Below, piece by piece: positions 23,497 to 35,939 of a DNA stretch of 64,000 nucleotides (positions are counted from its first letter, which is position 1; each line of letters opens with the position of its first letter). The translations under genes were made by a program, and so were the position numbers. This stretch comes from Scyliorhinus canicula (Eukaryota): assembly GCF_902713615.1 (NCBI RefSeq), contig NC_052146.1, forward strand, positions 69,521,238 through 69,585,237, in the 5' to 3' direction. The notes below the pieces were generated by a model. That model was not told where the DNA came from. It searched no databases and worked only from the letters and a program-made list of their open reading frames with translations.

Positions 23497-25675
23497 CTTA
23501 ATTCTCCGCCACCCGCGGGTTCCCAATGGCGCCGATCTGTTTATTTAATACTCTGGCCGCCATTGGCGCCCGCACGCCAGCGCCCGCGTCCGATGTACGT
23601 GTCCGCAAGCCAGCAGGAGGATGCAGATTCTCCTCTCCGCACGATTCGCAGGCCAGGAATCACGTGGGCGGGAATTAGTACTACTATTTACCAGCGTGGC
23701 CCTGACATAGTGGAACCCAAGTTGGGACAAGAGTTGCCCCCAAAGTCTATTGGAGAGCCGCCCCCCTCTCTCAACACAATGCAAGATCTGCCCACTCAGC
23801 TCCACCAGATGTAAATGCTGTCAATTTCCAGCCGAGCACTTCAAAACCACTCAAGCCTGACTGAGGATGATTGGAATGCCTTTAACTCTTTTTGAAGTGG
23901 TTGATGTTTGTAAACGTTGTGGTTATAGCACTTGTGAGTTACTGAATCAGGCAAAAGATGAATGAAGCAAGACTGACAGCATGTTGTGGAAGCTATCAAT
24001 CACAATCCACTCAAGGAAATGAATGAATGGCTTGCAGCCATTCTGAATGGTTTAAACACAGTTCACTGGTTCCTCTTTCCACGAATTGACACGTGGTACT
24101 TCGTTTGTCTGAGCCACCAACTGTATGCCCAGTTAAGCAACATTAATTCTTGCACTTGCCCCTGACTGGACAGCTCTATAGCTCTCAGACAGGAGTGTCT
24201 TTTCTGAGGGGTGTATGGAGCGTCCCTTTAGGCCATCTCTTAGGAGCCCCTTTATTGAACGGATGTCTGTGAGGGGCCTCCTATTCAGGAGAAATCTTTG
24301 CGTTTCTCCTTTTCAGGGGCCTTAGGGACAGTTCACGCATTCTGTGGTCTCTGAGGGTCCCTTTAATTAGGGGGTCTCTGGAAGGCAGGCCAAATTACTA
24401 TGTACTTCGGGAAGGGCGAGGTGGAAAACCTGGGAGTGGGGTCTGCGTCAAGGTGGTGGTGGGGGGGGGGCTGCTTTACGATGCGGGGAGGGGAGGGCAG
24501 TTGGTTGGGAGTTGCTTTGCCATGCCTGAGTGGAGGGGGTGGTGGCCAGCTGGGGGACCTACAATCGGGCCACCGCTCAAACAGATAAGTGCTGTCAGTT
24601 TCTAGCTGACCACTTCAAAATCACTCAACCATGAAGCGAGGTGATTGCAATGCACATAATTCTGTAAGAAGTGGTTCACGAGCTGCCAATCAAAGCATGA
24701 TGTTTAGAAACATTACCTTTGCACCATTTCAGAGTTGTCAACAGTGAAGGAAGATGAATGTAATAAGGTTGACAGCTGGGGTGTGTGGAAACTGTCAATT
24801 AGAGCCTACTAAATTCAATATCCAAGTGAAATGAAGGAGCGGCTTGCAGATCAGTGGTCCAGGTGTTAAACCCAGCTGACATGTTTTCTCTTTCCAGGAG
24901 TTGAGAGGTGCAACCTCCTGGGTTTGTGCCAGCAAGTGATTGCCTAGATGAGTGTTAAAGCTGTGATTTATTTTCACTGCCCCTATCTGGACTACACTCT
25001 AGCTTCCAAACAGGAGACTCGATTCTGAGGGTTTGCAGCAGCAGTCTCTTTCCTGGAGGGTTTCCTGACAGGTATCCCTTTTCTGAGGGGTAGGAGTGGC
25101 TTCCTGACAGGGGTGTTTTTTCTAGGGGGTTTGAGGGTGCATCGTTCCTTGGGGGCCTCTTTCTTTGGGGGCTCAGTGGGGAATCCTTTTAGTTAAGGGG
25201 TTTCTGGAAAGTTCCGTATTCAGGGCACACTCTGTGGGGGGGGGGGGGGGGGTTCGGCAGGTTTGCTTTCTGGGATGGGAGCGTGGCCCTCAGATGGACA
25301 TTCGGAGTACCCCTCGAAATTTACCCATTGCCCCACTGTGTGGTCCACTGCATCAGGGTTACGTTTGTCCGGACAAGTAGAGTTTTTCATGATTTCAGCT
25401 CAGTAGACCGGAGAATCACGCTGGTGAGAATATATTGTCCGGCCCACGAAGTAGATGCAAATCTGACTTAATGATTTGGTTGTATCCCCCTGCTCGCGCA
25501 TGGCATGAACCTTGATTCCGACGCCGGGCTGGGGGGGGGGGGGGGGGGGGGGGGGGTGGGGGGGGGGGGGGGACACTATCGGAAACGAGTGCCTGTTCCA
25601 TTTCTGTCAAGACTCTGGGATCTCTGCCTCATCAGTAACTTCATTACCAGTGGCACAAGGCAGAGAATCCAGCCC
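23497..25675. mobile_element. Patchwork of Harbinger-like non-autonomous elements with degenerate (agggg..ccttt)n internal repeats
   Basis: TIR-like ends (aattctccgcc.., agagaatccagccc). The blocks at about 23810-24030 and 24585-24800 are related. Confidence 0.45.
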
Positions 25676-26270
25676 GTCACGTTTCTAAATTCAAACACAT
25701 TTAACTTTTTTATTATTAAAAGTAACTTTAATTAAATAGGCAACGCATTCGACTGGTTAAATACTGTCTTATCTCTAATCAACGGCCACATCCCCCATTA
25801 ACTCGCTGCACCATAGACGCACACGCAGCATGACAGAAAAACAAACACAGAGAGGAAAGATGGGTGGAAAATAATGCAGAAAATTAAAGGACAAGAGTCA
25901 TCGCTTCAGATGACCTCTTCCAATTAGTTTTCTCTTCAGCCTCGGCTTTCAGGAAATATTTACCTTTCTTTCAGCTTGTAATTCTTTTCATTGTTGACTC
26001 ACAGAAATAGTAAGCATTTGGGAGAAATGCTTCTTTCAGAGTCCATAAGCTTCTGCCTTCTGACAGTAAGCAGCAGAGAGAGAGAGCTGCTTCCAGGTTC
26101 AATGGCTACTCCTGGATTCTCTCCGAAAACGCCACACTTGATAGGAACTAATCTCCATTTGTTGCCGCACAGAATACTGTCACTGGTCAATCCATTAGAC
26201 AACCAATCGAAATTAACCCCTCCAATCTTTTCAGTGCTATAAAATTTTGGTTCTTCGAGTCATCAATGTC

Positions 26271-28370
26271 ATAGATGTTTACCATGATGTTTACAGCATG
26301 GAAACAGGCCCTTCGACCCAGCTTGTCCATGTCGCCCGGTTTCTATCACTAAGGCTCATAACCCTCTATATCCACTTTGCCCATGTAACGGTCTAACAAC
26401 TGCTTTTTAAAGGATAAAATTGTACCCGCCTCTACCACTGCCTCTGGCAGCCCATTCCAGATGCTCACCACCCTCTGTGTGAAGATAGGTCCCCTCTACC
26501 TTTGGGAAAAGATGCCGACTATCTACTTTATCTATGCTCCTCATTATTTTGTAGACCTCTATAAGTTCACCCCTAAGCCTCCAACGTCCCAGCAGAAAAG
26601 TTCCCAGCCTACCCAGCCTCTCCTTGTAACGCAGACCATCAAGTCATGGCAAAATCCCTGTAAATCTCATCTGCACTCTTTCTAGTTTAACAATATCCTT
26701 CCTATAATAGGGTGACCAGAACTGAACACAGTATTCCATGTGTGGTCTTACCAATGTCTTGTACAACTTCAACAAGACGTCCCAGCTCCTGTATTCAATA
26801 TTCTGATCACGAAAACCAAGCATGCTGAATGTCTTCTTCACCACCTTGTCCACCTGCGACTCCACCTTCAAGGGGCTATGAACCTGTACCCCTAGGTCTC
26901 CTTGTTCTGTAACTCTCCCCAACTCCCTACCATTAACTGAATAGGTCCTGCCGTGATTTGATCTACGAAAATGCATCACCTCACATTTATCCAAATTAAA
27001 CTCCATCTGCCATTCATCGGCCCACTGACCCAATTGGTCAAGATCCTGTTGCAATCTTATATAACCTTCTTCACTATCCACTATGCCACCAATCTTGGTG
27101 TTATCTGCAAACTTACTAACCATGCCTCCTACATTTTCATCCAAATCATTTATATATGTGACAAATAAGAGTGCACCCAGCACCGACCCCCGCGGCACAG
27201 TGCTGGCCACAGGCCTCCAGTGTGAATAACAACCCTCCACAACGGCCCTTTGACTTTGGTCGCCAAGCCAATTTTATATCCAATTGGCTACCTCACCCTG
27301 GATTCCGTGAGATTTAACCATTTGCAACAGCATACCGTTCGGTACCTTGTCAAAAGCCTTGCTAAAGTCCATGTAGACAACATTGACCACACTACCGTCA
27401 TCTACTTTCTTGCTTATCCCTTCAAAAAACTCAATCAAATTCGTGAGACCCGACTTTCCCCTCACAAAGCCATGCTGACTTTCCCTAATTAGCACTTACC
27501 TGTCTAAATACATGTAGATCTTGTCCCTCAGAATAACTTCCAACAATTTACCCATTACAGAAGTGAGGGTCACCGGTTTGTAGTTCCCAGGTTTATCCCT
27601 ACAGTCCTTCTTAAACAAGGGCACAATATTTGCTAACCACCAATATTCAGGCACCTCTCCTGTGGCTGTCGATCATTCAAGCACCTCAGCTAGGGGGCCG
27701 GCAAGTTCCTCCCTAGCCTCCCACAACGTCCTGGGATACATTTTATCAGGTCTCAGGGATATATCTATCTTGATGCACTTTAATACCGCAGGTACTTCCT
27801 TCTCTGTAATATGTATACTCATCAAGACATCACTTTTTATTTCCCTAATTTCCCTAACATTCGTGTCTTTCTCAACAGCAAATACTGATGAGAATTATTA
27901 ATTTAGGACCTGTTCCATCCCTTACGGATCCGCATGTAGATCACATTGTTTATCCTTAAGTCCCCTACTATTACCACTCTATTTTTCCGGCAGCTATCTG
28001 TAATCTCCTTACATTTTTGCTTCTCGATTTCCCACTGACTATTTGGGGGCCTATAGTACAGCCTCTCAAAGTGATCTCACCCATCTTACTTTTCAGTTCT
28101 TCCCACATGGACTCAGTGGGCGAACATTTCGACTTATCCTCTCTCTGGACTGCTGTGATGTTGTTGCTAATCAAAACGCAACTCCCCCTCCTCTCCTATC
28201 TCCTGGTCTATCTTTCCTATAGCATCTGTACCCCGGAACATTGAGCAGCCAGTCCTGCCCCACCTTCAGCCATGTTACAGTAATATCCATAATATCCTAG
28301 TCCCATGTATCTATCTATGCTTTGAGTTCATCTGCCTTGCCCGTTAGGCCTCTTGCATTGAAATAAATGT
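26271..28370 (-). mobile_element. CR1 LINE, 5'-truncated and internally deleted (EN and RT remnants)
   Basis: ESQHGFVRGKS.LTNLIEFF, YMDFSKAFDKVP, GSVLG.LLF, SKFADNTKIGG, CVQFWSP. Confidence 0.9.
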
Positions 28371-29683
28371 TCTGTCCATAATGTAATACTTTATAATACA
28401 GTGTACTGTTTTGTCACTTTGATTACTTTACTTCTTCTGCTCGACTTAAACATTTGTCTCCGTTAACGAATCATGCACCAAAAACTATAACGACAAAATA
28501 AAAGAAATAGGAATTAAGGGAATCAACGGGAAGGGCTCTTAATGCCCTGTACGCATCTACCCTGCCAGGCCCCACAAAAGAATGTACATATTCCAATAGG
28601 AATACCTCCCTCTTCTAAACACCAGGCCCAACTTGAACTATCTTTCCTCATTAGAAAACCACTTTACTCCAGGAATCAGCCTGGTGATCGTTCTCTGAAT
28701 TATTTCCAACGGAAGCATATCCCACTCTAAGTAAGGAGAACAAAAGAATGTTGAAGACATAGTTTCACCAACAATGTGTACAATTTTAACAATATTATTC
28801 TACATTTATACTCAATCAATCTTGCAATGAAGGTCATTATTTGCCTTCTGAATTACTTGCTGTATATGCAAGCTAACTTCTTGTGTGCTACGTGCAATGA
28901 CACTCAGAGTCATGTGCATAACAGCATGGTGCAGTGTATCTCCAATTCAAAAATAATCTACTTTTCTGCCTTTACTGCCAAAGCGCATGGCCTCATATTT
29001 CCACATTGTACACCATTTGTCAGCTTTTTCCCCACACCTTTAGCTTTTTTATCTACATTTACTCTTTGTATTTTCCTCACTATTTATTTTCCTAAATGCT
29101 TCTGTGTCGGCAAAAAATGTGGTTGCAATACAAATGGACCATTCATTTAACTCATTAATACAGATTGTAAATAGTCGACGTCCACCTTGATCAATATGGT
29201 TCTCCACTAGTTCCCGTGTGCCAAGTTGGAAATTATCTACTCACTCCAAATTTCTGTCCTTTTTTAACGAATTCTCCGCCCACATTGATATATCACCCGC
29301 TGATCGCGAAATATTAACGAGTAGAGTAACCTTTTATGTCGCACCCGGAGAAAAAGAGCTGGACATGACGTTGGATGAAGATTTGAGGAATGAGGTAAGT
29401 ACATTTAACGTGTTTGTAGGGTTGCAATAAACTTGGTATTCAAAGGGGATAAACCCCGATGCCTGGATTTGCAACCGCATTTTTTATTTTTGACGGAAGG
29501 TGGGCCTCGTTGACCAGGCCAACACTTATATTGCCCACCGTTAACTGTCTTTAAGATTTCAGTTGCCTTTGTCAAAAGATTCCTGGCAAGAGATAACAGA
29601 GGCATCGCTGCACATAATTAACAATTCATTGGAAAAAATGTATGTGCCAGAGGACTTCCATATGACTAATGCAATACCTATCA

Positions 29684-29899
29684 GGGAGACACGGTGGCGC
29701 AGTGGTTGCAAGGCTGCTTCACGGCGACGAGGTCCCAGGTTCAATCCGGCGCTGGGTCACTGTCCATGTGGTGTTTTCACATTCTCCCCATGTTTGCGTG
29801 GGTTTCGCCCCCACAACCCAAACGATGTACAGGGTAGGTGGATTGGCCACGCTACGTTGATCCTTAATTGGAAAAAAATGAATTATTTATTTCAAAAAA
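29684..29899 (+). mobile_element. V-SINE, poly-A-tail subfamily
   Basis: Head, V-core and ccttaattggaaaaaa tail. Confidence 0.8.
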
Positions 29900-30720
29900 T
29901 CTAATGCACTACGTATATTGAAGAACTTGGATAGAAGAGTACAGATAAGCATACACCAATAAACCTTTTATCAGTGGTAGGGACATTATCGAATCCCTAG
30001 TTTCGAAGAAATCTGGAAATGATAAATGTAGTAACGAATGATTAACATGCATATCCTGAATCTTACTTGTCCTACCTTATTGAGTTTTCAACGCCTTAGA
30101 AAGAGACGACAGGCAATGGTAGCAAGGTTCACAGCTGGGGTCATGTTACTGGATTATCTCCGAGCGAGGAAGCAGACGGTTTACAAGAACTATTGCCAAA
30201 AAATAGGAGTGTATGTATGTCAGTGACTGATGAAGAAGTTGGGTCGCTTTTCACTCGACAAAGTAAGGCTGAGGAGTGACCTATCGACAGTGTTCAGAAT
30301 TTCGAAAGGCTTGATAGAATGGATTCGGAGTGAATATTTGCTCTTCTGAGAAAGCTTAACGAGCGACTACCAGTGTAATAGTCATCAAGAAATCGAATCG
30401 GTAATTCAGAAAAAAATTGTCTCTACTCAAATAATGGTGAGAAAAAGGAACTCCCTACCAGAGGGAATGGCTGGTATCTGAAGCATATAGTACAGATGCA
30501 ACCAATGGGATCCTGGAAGAGCGTATGTGTGAAAAGTGGAGTGTTCCCTTATAACGCATAGTAAATGGGCAAGGAGGCTCTCGTGGAGGGTAATATCTAT
30601 TGTTTCAGAGAAATACCCATGTCTTTACTATCTTCTCCATGAGTTAATAGGAGTGGCTCATCCACCCTGGAGAGCAACCGCGTTTAAGCAACTATTAACT
30701 TTTAAGAAACTATACAAAGC

Positions 30721-30968
30721 TCGGGTGGCTGTCTGTGCGGTGTTTGCACTTTCTCCCCGTGTCTGCGTGGGTTTCCTCCCACAGTTCAAAGATATGCAGG
30801 TTAGGTGGATTGGCGACGCTAAATTGCCCCTTGTTGTTCAAAAATGGTTCGGTGAGGGTTGCTGGGTACGGGAATAGGGTGGAGGCATAGGTTTAAGTCG
30901 GCTGCTCTTTCAAGGATCAATGTGGATTGATGGGCCGAATTGCCTCCATTTGCACTGTAAATGCTATG
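30721..30968 (+). mobile_element. Head-truncated HE1-type SINE
   Basis: V-core and degenerate CR1 tail. Confidence 0.7.
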
Positions 30969-31049
30969 AAATTAGAGCCAGCGTTCACTAGGCTGAGGAT
31001 GCCTTCCTTCTTTGCGATGCCTGTGTCATTCATCCGATCTATGTTGTAG

Positions 31050-31310
31050 TGGTTTATTGCACCTGAGTGGCTTTTTGGACCTTTTCCGTGTGAAACTGAG
31101 AGTCAATCAATGGTTGTAGTTTTGGAGTTACACATATACTCAGTGGAGATGTCAGATTTCCAGCCTTAAATTGTGCTAAATAAGCCAATTGGTAATTTTT
31201 GATACATTTATTTTATGGTGAGCCCTATTATAAGTGTTGTTTCTTCCAGATTTATTGAATTGATTAAAATGGATTTCCCCAGCTGCCGGAGTGAGTTGTC
31301 AGACGGGAAC
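31050..31310 (-). mobile_element. Degraded DeuSINE (SacSINE1-like) remnant
   Basis: ctgagtggct..gagtcaa..ggagt.aca..cagatttcc..ccagatttattgaatt resembles the Deu-domain SINEs of sharks, recognised by eye. Confidence 0.45.
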
Positions 31311-32319
31311 TCAACCGAGTGACATAATCAGCAGACTAAAGCACCCTCCGTGTTTTAAAGTCCCATTTCTTGCTCCATTGTTTGGCTGTTTGATGCTGAT
31401 GCTATACCTGTCATCATAAATGTGAAATGTGTGATAAATGTACAGATACACTGAAGTTATTTTAGACACAACTGAGCCAGCGAAGCACATTTTCTTCTTG
31501 GTGTTTTTCAGTATCTCCTTCTTTTCCTCCTTGCACAGTCGCTCGGAATGACGGGCGATTTGCGTCCACACTAAAACTACACCGCTCATATGATACTGAC
31601 GTGCATCATTGTGGTCGTCTTTGTTAAAGTTTTACTCTAATTTCCGTGAACTGCAACATCCTGAACACGATTTGCGCTGAATCTACACCAACAACAATTC
31701 CAACGTGTATTGCAATGACCCGACCCCCAAAACACGTGTGCAACTATCAACCAGGTATCTCCTCGACCGTCACTCAATCCACAGTGGCAGCTCCTACAGA
31801 TGTTCAGAAGAAATACCCCGTGTAAACACTGGGCATGAAACTGGATCATGGCGCTGAACAATTTGATCGAGATTGATTCTCCGTTTTGCTGCTTAGACTG
31901 TTTGCCCATCCATTGGCCTGTTTCACGCCAACACGACAGGCAAGTTTAATGTTCCCGGCTTCCCGGGACCAAGTACACGTAGAAACCCAGAGAATATCCG
32001 TATCTACCTGCCTGATTGTCTCGGCATTCAACCGGGACATATTTTCTATTCGCTGTGGACGATCCCTTCTTTAATGAACATACCTGGGAAACCATGGGCA
32101 AATTCTTGATTTGAAGCGTTTTCAATTCATGACAACATTCTGAATAAAAATACAATCTCGATTCTATGATTATCCCAAAGTTCATTAATATTTATAAACC
32201 TGATGGACAATTCCAAAGTCATAGCAGGTACCATTCGAAAGCTACGATGCTATCTCTGTGTGCAGTTCGTAACGAAAGCAGCAGGTGGCAATGTTCCCCA
32301 TTGCATCCACAGGACAGTT

Positions 32320-32406
32320 CACCTGAGGAAGGAGCAGTGCTCCGAAAGGTAGTGTTTGAAACAAACATGTTGGACTTTAACCTGGTGTTGTAAGACTTCT
32401 TACTGT
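32320..32406 (+). mobile_element. 87-bp Penelope-like terminus carrying a minimal hammerhead-like motif
   Basis: CTGAGGA-A-GGAGC-AGT-GCTCC-GAAA at 32323-32347, flanked by a 15-bp direct repeat atccacaggacagtt at 32305-32319 and 32407-32421. Confidence 0.65.
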
Positions 32407-32930
32407 ATCCACAGGACAGTTTTGAACCGTTTGTTCTTCACAGACACTTTTTTTTAACCCTTTGGGGAATAGTGGGGGGAAGTGGGAGAAGGATGTCGAT
32501 TACCAACTCTCTGCACCGCGTTGAACGCTCCTAGCGAACAGGTCCAGACGTTGGACCCGAACCTGGAGCTTCTAGTCTAGCGGTTGGAACGTTACCACTA
32601 CGCCACAGAAACTCCAAAGACATTTAATTAAGAATGGTAAAATAACACAAAACATTAAAGAGCATTTCCAGTTTCTTCCAGTTGGCCTGCAGTACTTTAA
32701 CATTTCATAAAGCAACTTGTTAAATACTTTATACCCTATCAATTTCTAATAGGAATATATTAGTACCAACCTCTATATTTGTTTTATTAATTGTGCATCG
32801 GACCTTCTAACTCTTCCGGCAGATAACACCCTCTAAATCCATACGGAATACATATTGTTCTTTTACTCTATTATAGCCTTCCATTATAGCCGTCATTAAC
32901 ACCATTCAAACACACCATGCGCTAACCTAG

Positions 32931-33587
32931 TGTTATGGGCCAGGGCTTAGAAACCCCAAAGTGTATTATGAAGTTCTCTTGACCTACAACTTTTATGTTG
33001 AATTTTTCTAGGATGAGCACAAGATCCTTCACTTCAGGTGAGATTCATCAGACTTCCTAGGCGCTTTTATCAAAACAAGTTGATTATAAGAATGTAGTTA
33101 AACATATATAAAACACAACGATAATTTGTTATCAATTACAAACATAAAGAAAACACAACAGCTACAGTAATCTATGTACATAACCCATAACGAATCCGCC
33201 GTAGCTGTTCCAATTGAATACAAAATCAAATAAACCAAAACCCCTTCCAATGGCGGGGCCCAAACACTGTAATCTCACTTGAATGGGACTGGTCCTTTCC
33301 CTGAGCTTCTGATCAAGTTCAATCCAGCAAATTCAAAACTCATTCCGGAAAGCAACTCTATCTTTAAAGTTCACAAGGCAGTTTGCCACACTCAATGTGC
33401 CTTCAGTTCACTGGAACAGCTTTTAAAATGAAAACTGAAACACTGCTTTCTTCTTCTGGAATCCAAAGCAACAAACCTAAACTGAATCCCAAACACTAAA
33501 CTCCCTCTCCTCTGACAGCCACAGCTCAGCTCCACTCACAAATGACATCCCTGAAGCCATGCTACAGGCCATGTAGTAAGACATGAC
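32931..33587. mobile_element. Probable solo LTR
   Basis: Starts TGTTA, ends ..ACATGAC, is non-coding and is partly similar to 1-227. No clear TSD. Confidence 0.4.
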
Positions 33588-33671
33588 CTGTAGCACGAAT
33601 ACTTCCTCTGGTGATCATTTGACCTTTTGGAAAAATACCTCGAAGGTATTGGGAACTCCCCCAATAACTTT

Positions 33672-33837
33672 TGTTTAGCACAGGGCTAAATAACTGGCCT
33701 TTAAAGCAGGCCAAGGCAGGCCAGCAGCACGGTTCAATTCCCGTACCAGTTTCCCCGAACAGGAGCCGGAATGTGGCGACTAGGGGCTTTTCACAGTAAC
33801 GTCATTTGAAGCCTACTTGTGACAATAAGCAATTTTC
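33672..33837 (+). mobile_element. SINE, second head type, L2-type tail
   Basis: tttagcacagggctaaat..ggttcaattcccg..tggcgactaggggcttttcacagtaac. Confidence 0.75.
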
Positions 33838-34561
33838 CAATTGGAGAAATCCTTACAGGTCGGACTGCCAGTCTGCAGCATTCTAAACTCGAGGTGGTAC
33901 ATTTGATATTTCTAATCTAATGGCACGGTTCCAGAATCAAGATATTTTGGAAGATTAAAACGCATGCCTCTCTATCGCAGCAGCAACATCCATTATCACC
34001 CTTTGAATACGTCCAACAACTCTTAGTGACTTGTCTTCCTGTGGTTCTCATGATTTTCCCGGTGCATTTGCCTGGTGACTGTAATTGTTTTAATTCCCTC
34101 TTTCCCTTTCATCTCTTGATTTACAGGTATTTCTGGGATGCTATTTGTGTCTTCTACATTGAAGACAGACAAAATATCCAATGCTCAATACTTCCGTCCT
34201 TTCCTTAGCCACCTTGATTAAATTCATACTCCAGAGAAACTCATACTCCAGAAGTACCATACTTACTTTAGTTACTCTTTCCCTTTTTAAATACTACGAA
34301 AAACTTTGACTATCTGTTTGTATATTTTTAGATCACATTGTCTCTTATTCTAATTTGTCTTCATTACATTTTAGTGACTCTGTTTTTAATAAAAATTTAA
34401 CCTTTTCCTGCGACTTGGATACTATCTTTAACTTCATTAGTTCCACACCAATGCTGCATTCGTCTGTTAGAATCTCCCTTCTCAGTGGAACGTGCTTTTG
34501 CTGAACGTTATGAAACATTCCTTAAATTCCTCCCAGTGTATTTCAATTGATCTATCCTTTT

Positions 34562-34902
34562 CATAGAATTTACAGTGCAGAAGGAGGCCATTCGGCCCAT
34601 CGAGTCTGCACCGGCTCCTGGAAAGAGCACCCTACCCAACGTTAACACTTCCACCCTATCCCCATAACCCAGTAACGCCACCCAACACTAAGGGCAATTT
34701 TGGACACGAAGGGCAATTTATCATGGCCAATCCACCTAACCTGCACATCTTTGGACTGTGGGAGGAAACCGGTGCACCCGGAGGAAACCACGCACACACG
34801 GGGAGGATGTCCAGATTCCGCACAGACAGTGACCCAAGCCGGTATCGAACCTGGGACCCTGGAGCTGTGAAGCGATTGTGCTATCCACAATGCTACCGTG
34901 CT
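34562..34902 (-). mobile_element. HE1-type SINE with CR1 tail
   Basis: Same architecture as 22116-22440. Confidence 0.85.
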
Positions 34903-35004
34903 AACCTCTTTTCCCGGTTTGGTTCAGCAACCTGAGTGTTCATACCCTTGCCTTCAATAAATGTTAACACTTTTGTCTTTAATCCACAAATGGATTGCTT
35001 AATT

Positions 35005-35735
35005 CTATATAAAAGCAAATTACTGCGGGTGCTGGAATCTGAAACTAAAGAGAAAATGCAGGAAAATGTCAGCAGGTCTGGCAGCATCTGTAAGGAGATA
35101 AAAGAGCTTTGGTTTCGAGTCCGATGACCCTTTGTCAAAGCTAACAGACAGAGATAGTGGGAAATATTTATACTGTGGAGTGAGAATGAAAGATGAGTCA
35201 TAGCCACAGAAACCTAGGGAAACCACGTGCTAATGGTCACAGAAACCAAGAGGAAAGAGTGTTAATGGCAGTCCCCAGAGAGAACAAAAGATGTGAAAGG
35301 CCAAACAGCAGAGAAACTAACATCAGAGGGTGAACTGTGACAGATGTAGATGTGGGGTGAAGGGGAAACAAAGAGGAGAACGGCTGAGAAAAAGTGGACA
35401 AGATGGGAGGGGGGTTAAATACATATTAAGAAAGACAAGAAAGAAATGCTAAAAGACAGTTGAAATGAAATGAAAAAAATGAAATGAAATGAAAATCGCT
35501 TATTGTCACGAGTAGGCTTCAATGAAGGTGCAGTGAAAAGCCCCTAGTCGCCACATTCCGGCGCCTGTTCGGGGAGGCTGTTACGGGAATCGAACCGTGC
35601 TGCTGGCCTGCCTTGGTCTGCTTTCAAAGCCAGCGATTTAGCCCTGTGCTAAACAGCCCCAAGAGATGGGATGAAAACAAATGGGTTGAGGTGGGGTAGA
35701 GCTAAACATCTGAAGTTGTTGAATTTGATGTTGCT
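35005..35735 (-). mobile_element. Penelope-like element 3' fragment, interrupted by a SINE at 35461-35660
   Basis: Minus strand reads TTTGACAAAGGGTCATCGGACTCGAAAC (degenerate hammerhead core) followed by cagatgctgccagacctgctga. Confidence 0.6.
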
Positions 35736-35939
35736 GTTAAATTCTACATGTTCTGGTTACTATTACCTCGAGGCTTCTTTCCTACGAGATCATTCATTAA
35801 TCTTGCCTCATTGTACATGAGAACAACTTGCTCTCTGTTTGGTTCCGTAATGTACTATCTACGAAATTGCCCCGAAAAGATTCTGTGAACCAGCCTTCCA
35901 TTCTACCTTCACTGATCTCAAATCACTAAACATTTACGA

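Noticed and set aside
1019-25572. Long G and C homopolymers (for example 1019-1037, 14607-14628, 25530-25572) as functional G4 elements
   Set aside because: They lie inside repeats and their lengths are prone to sequencing error, so there is no locus-specific signal.
29270-29400. Exon-like stretch ending in GAG|GTAAGT
   Set aside because: There is no good acceptor, no recognisable protein similarity and no partner exons.
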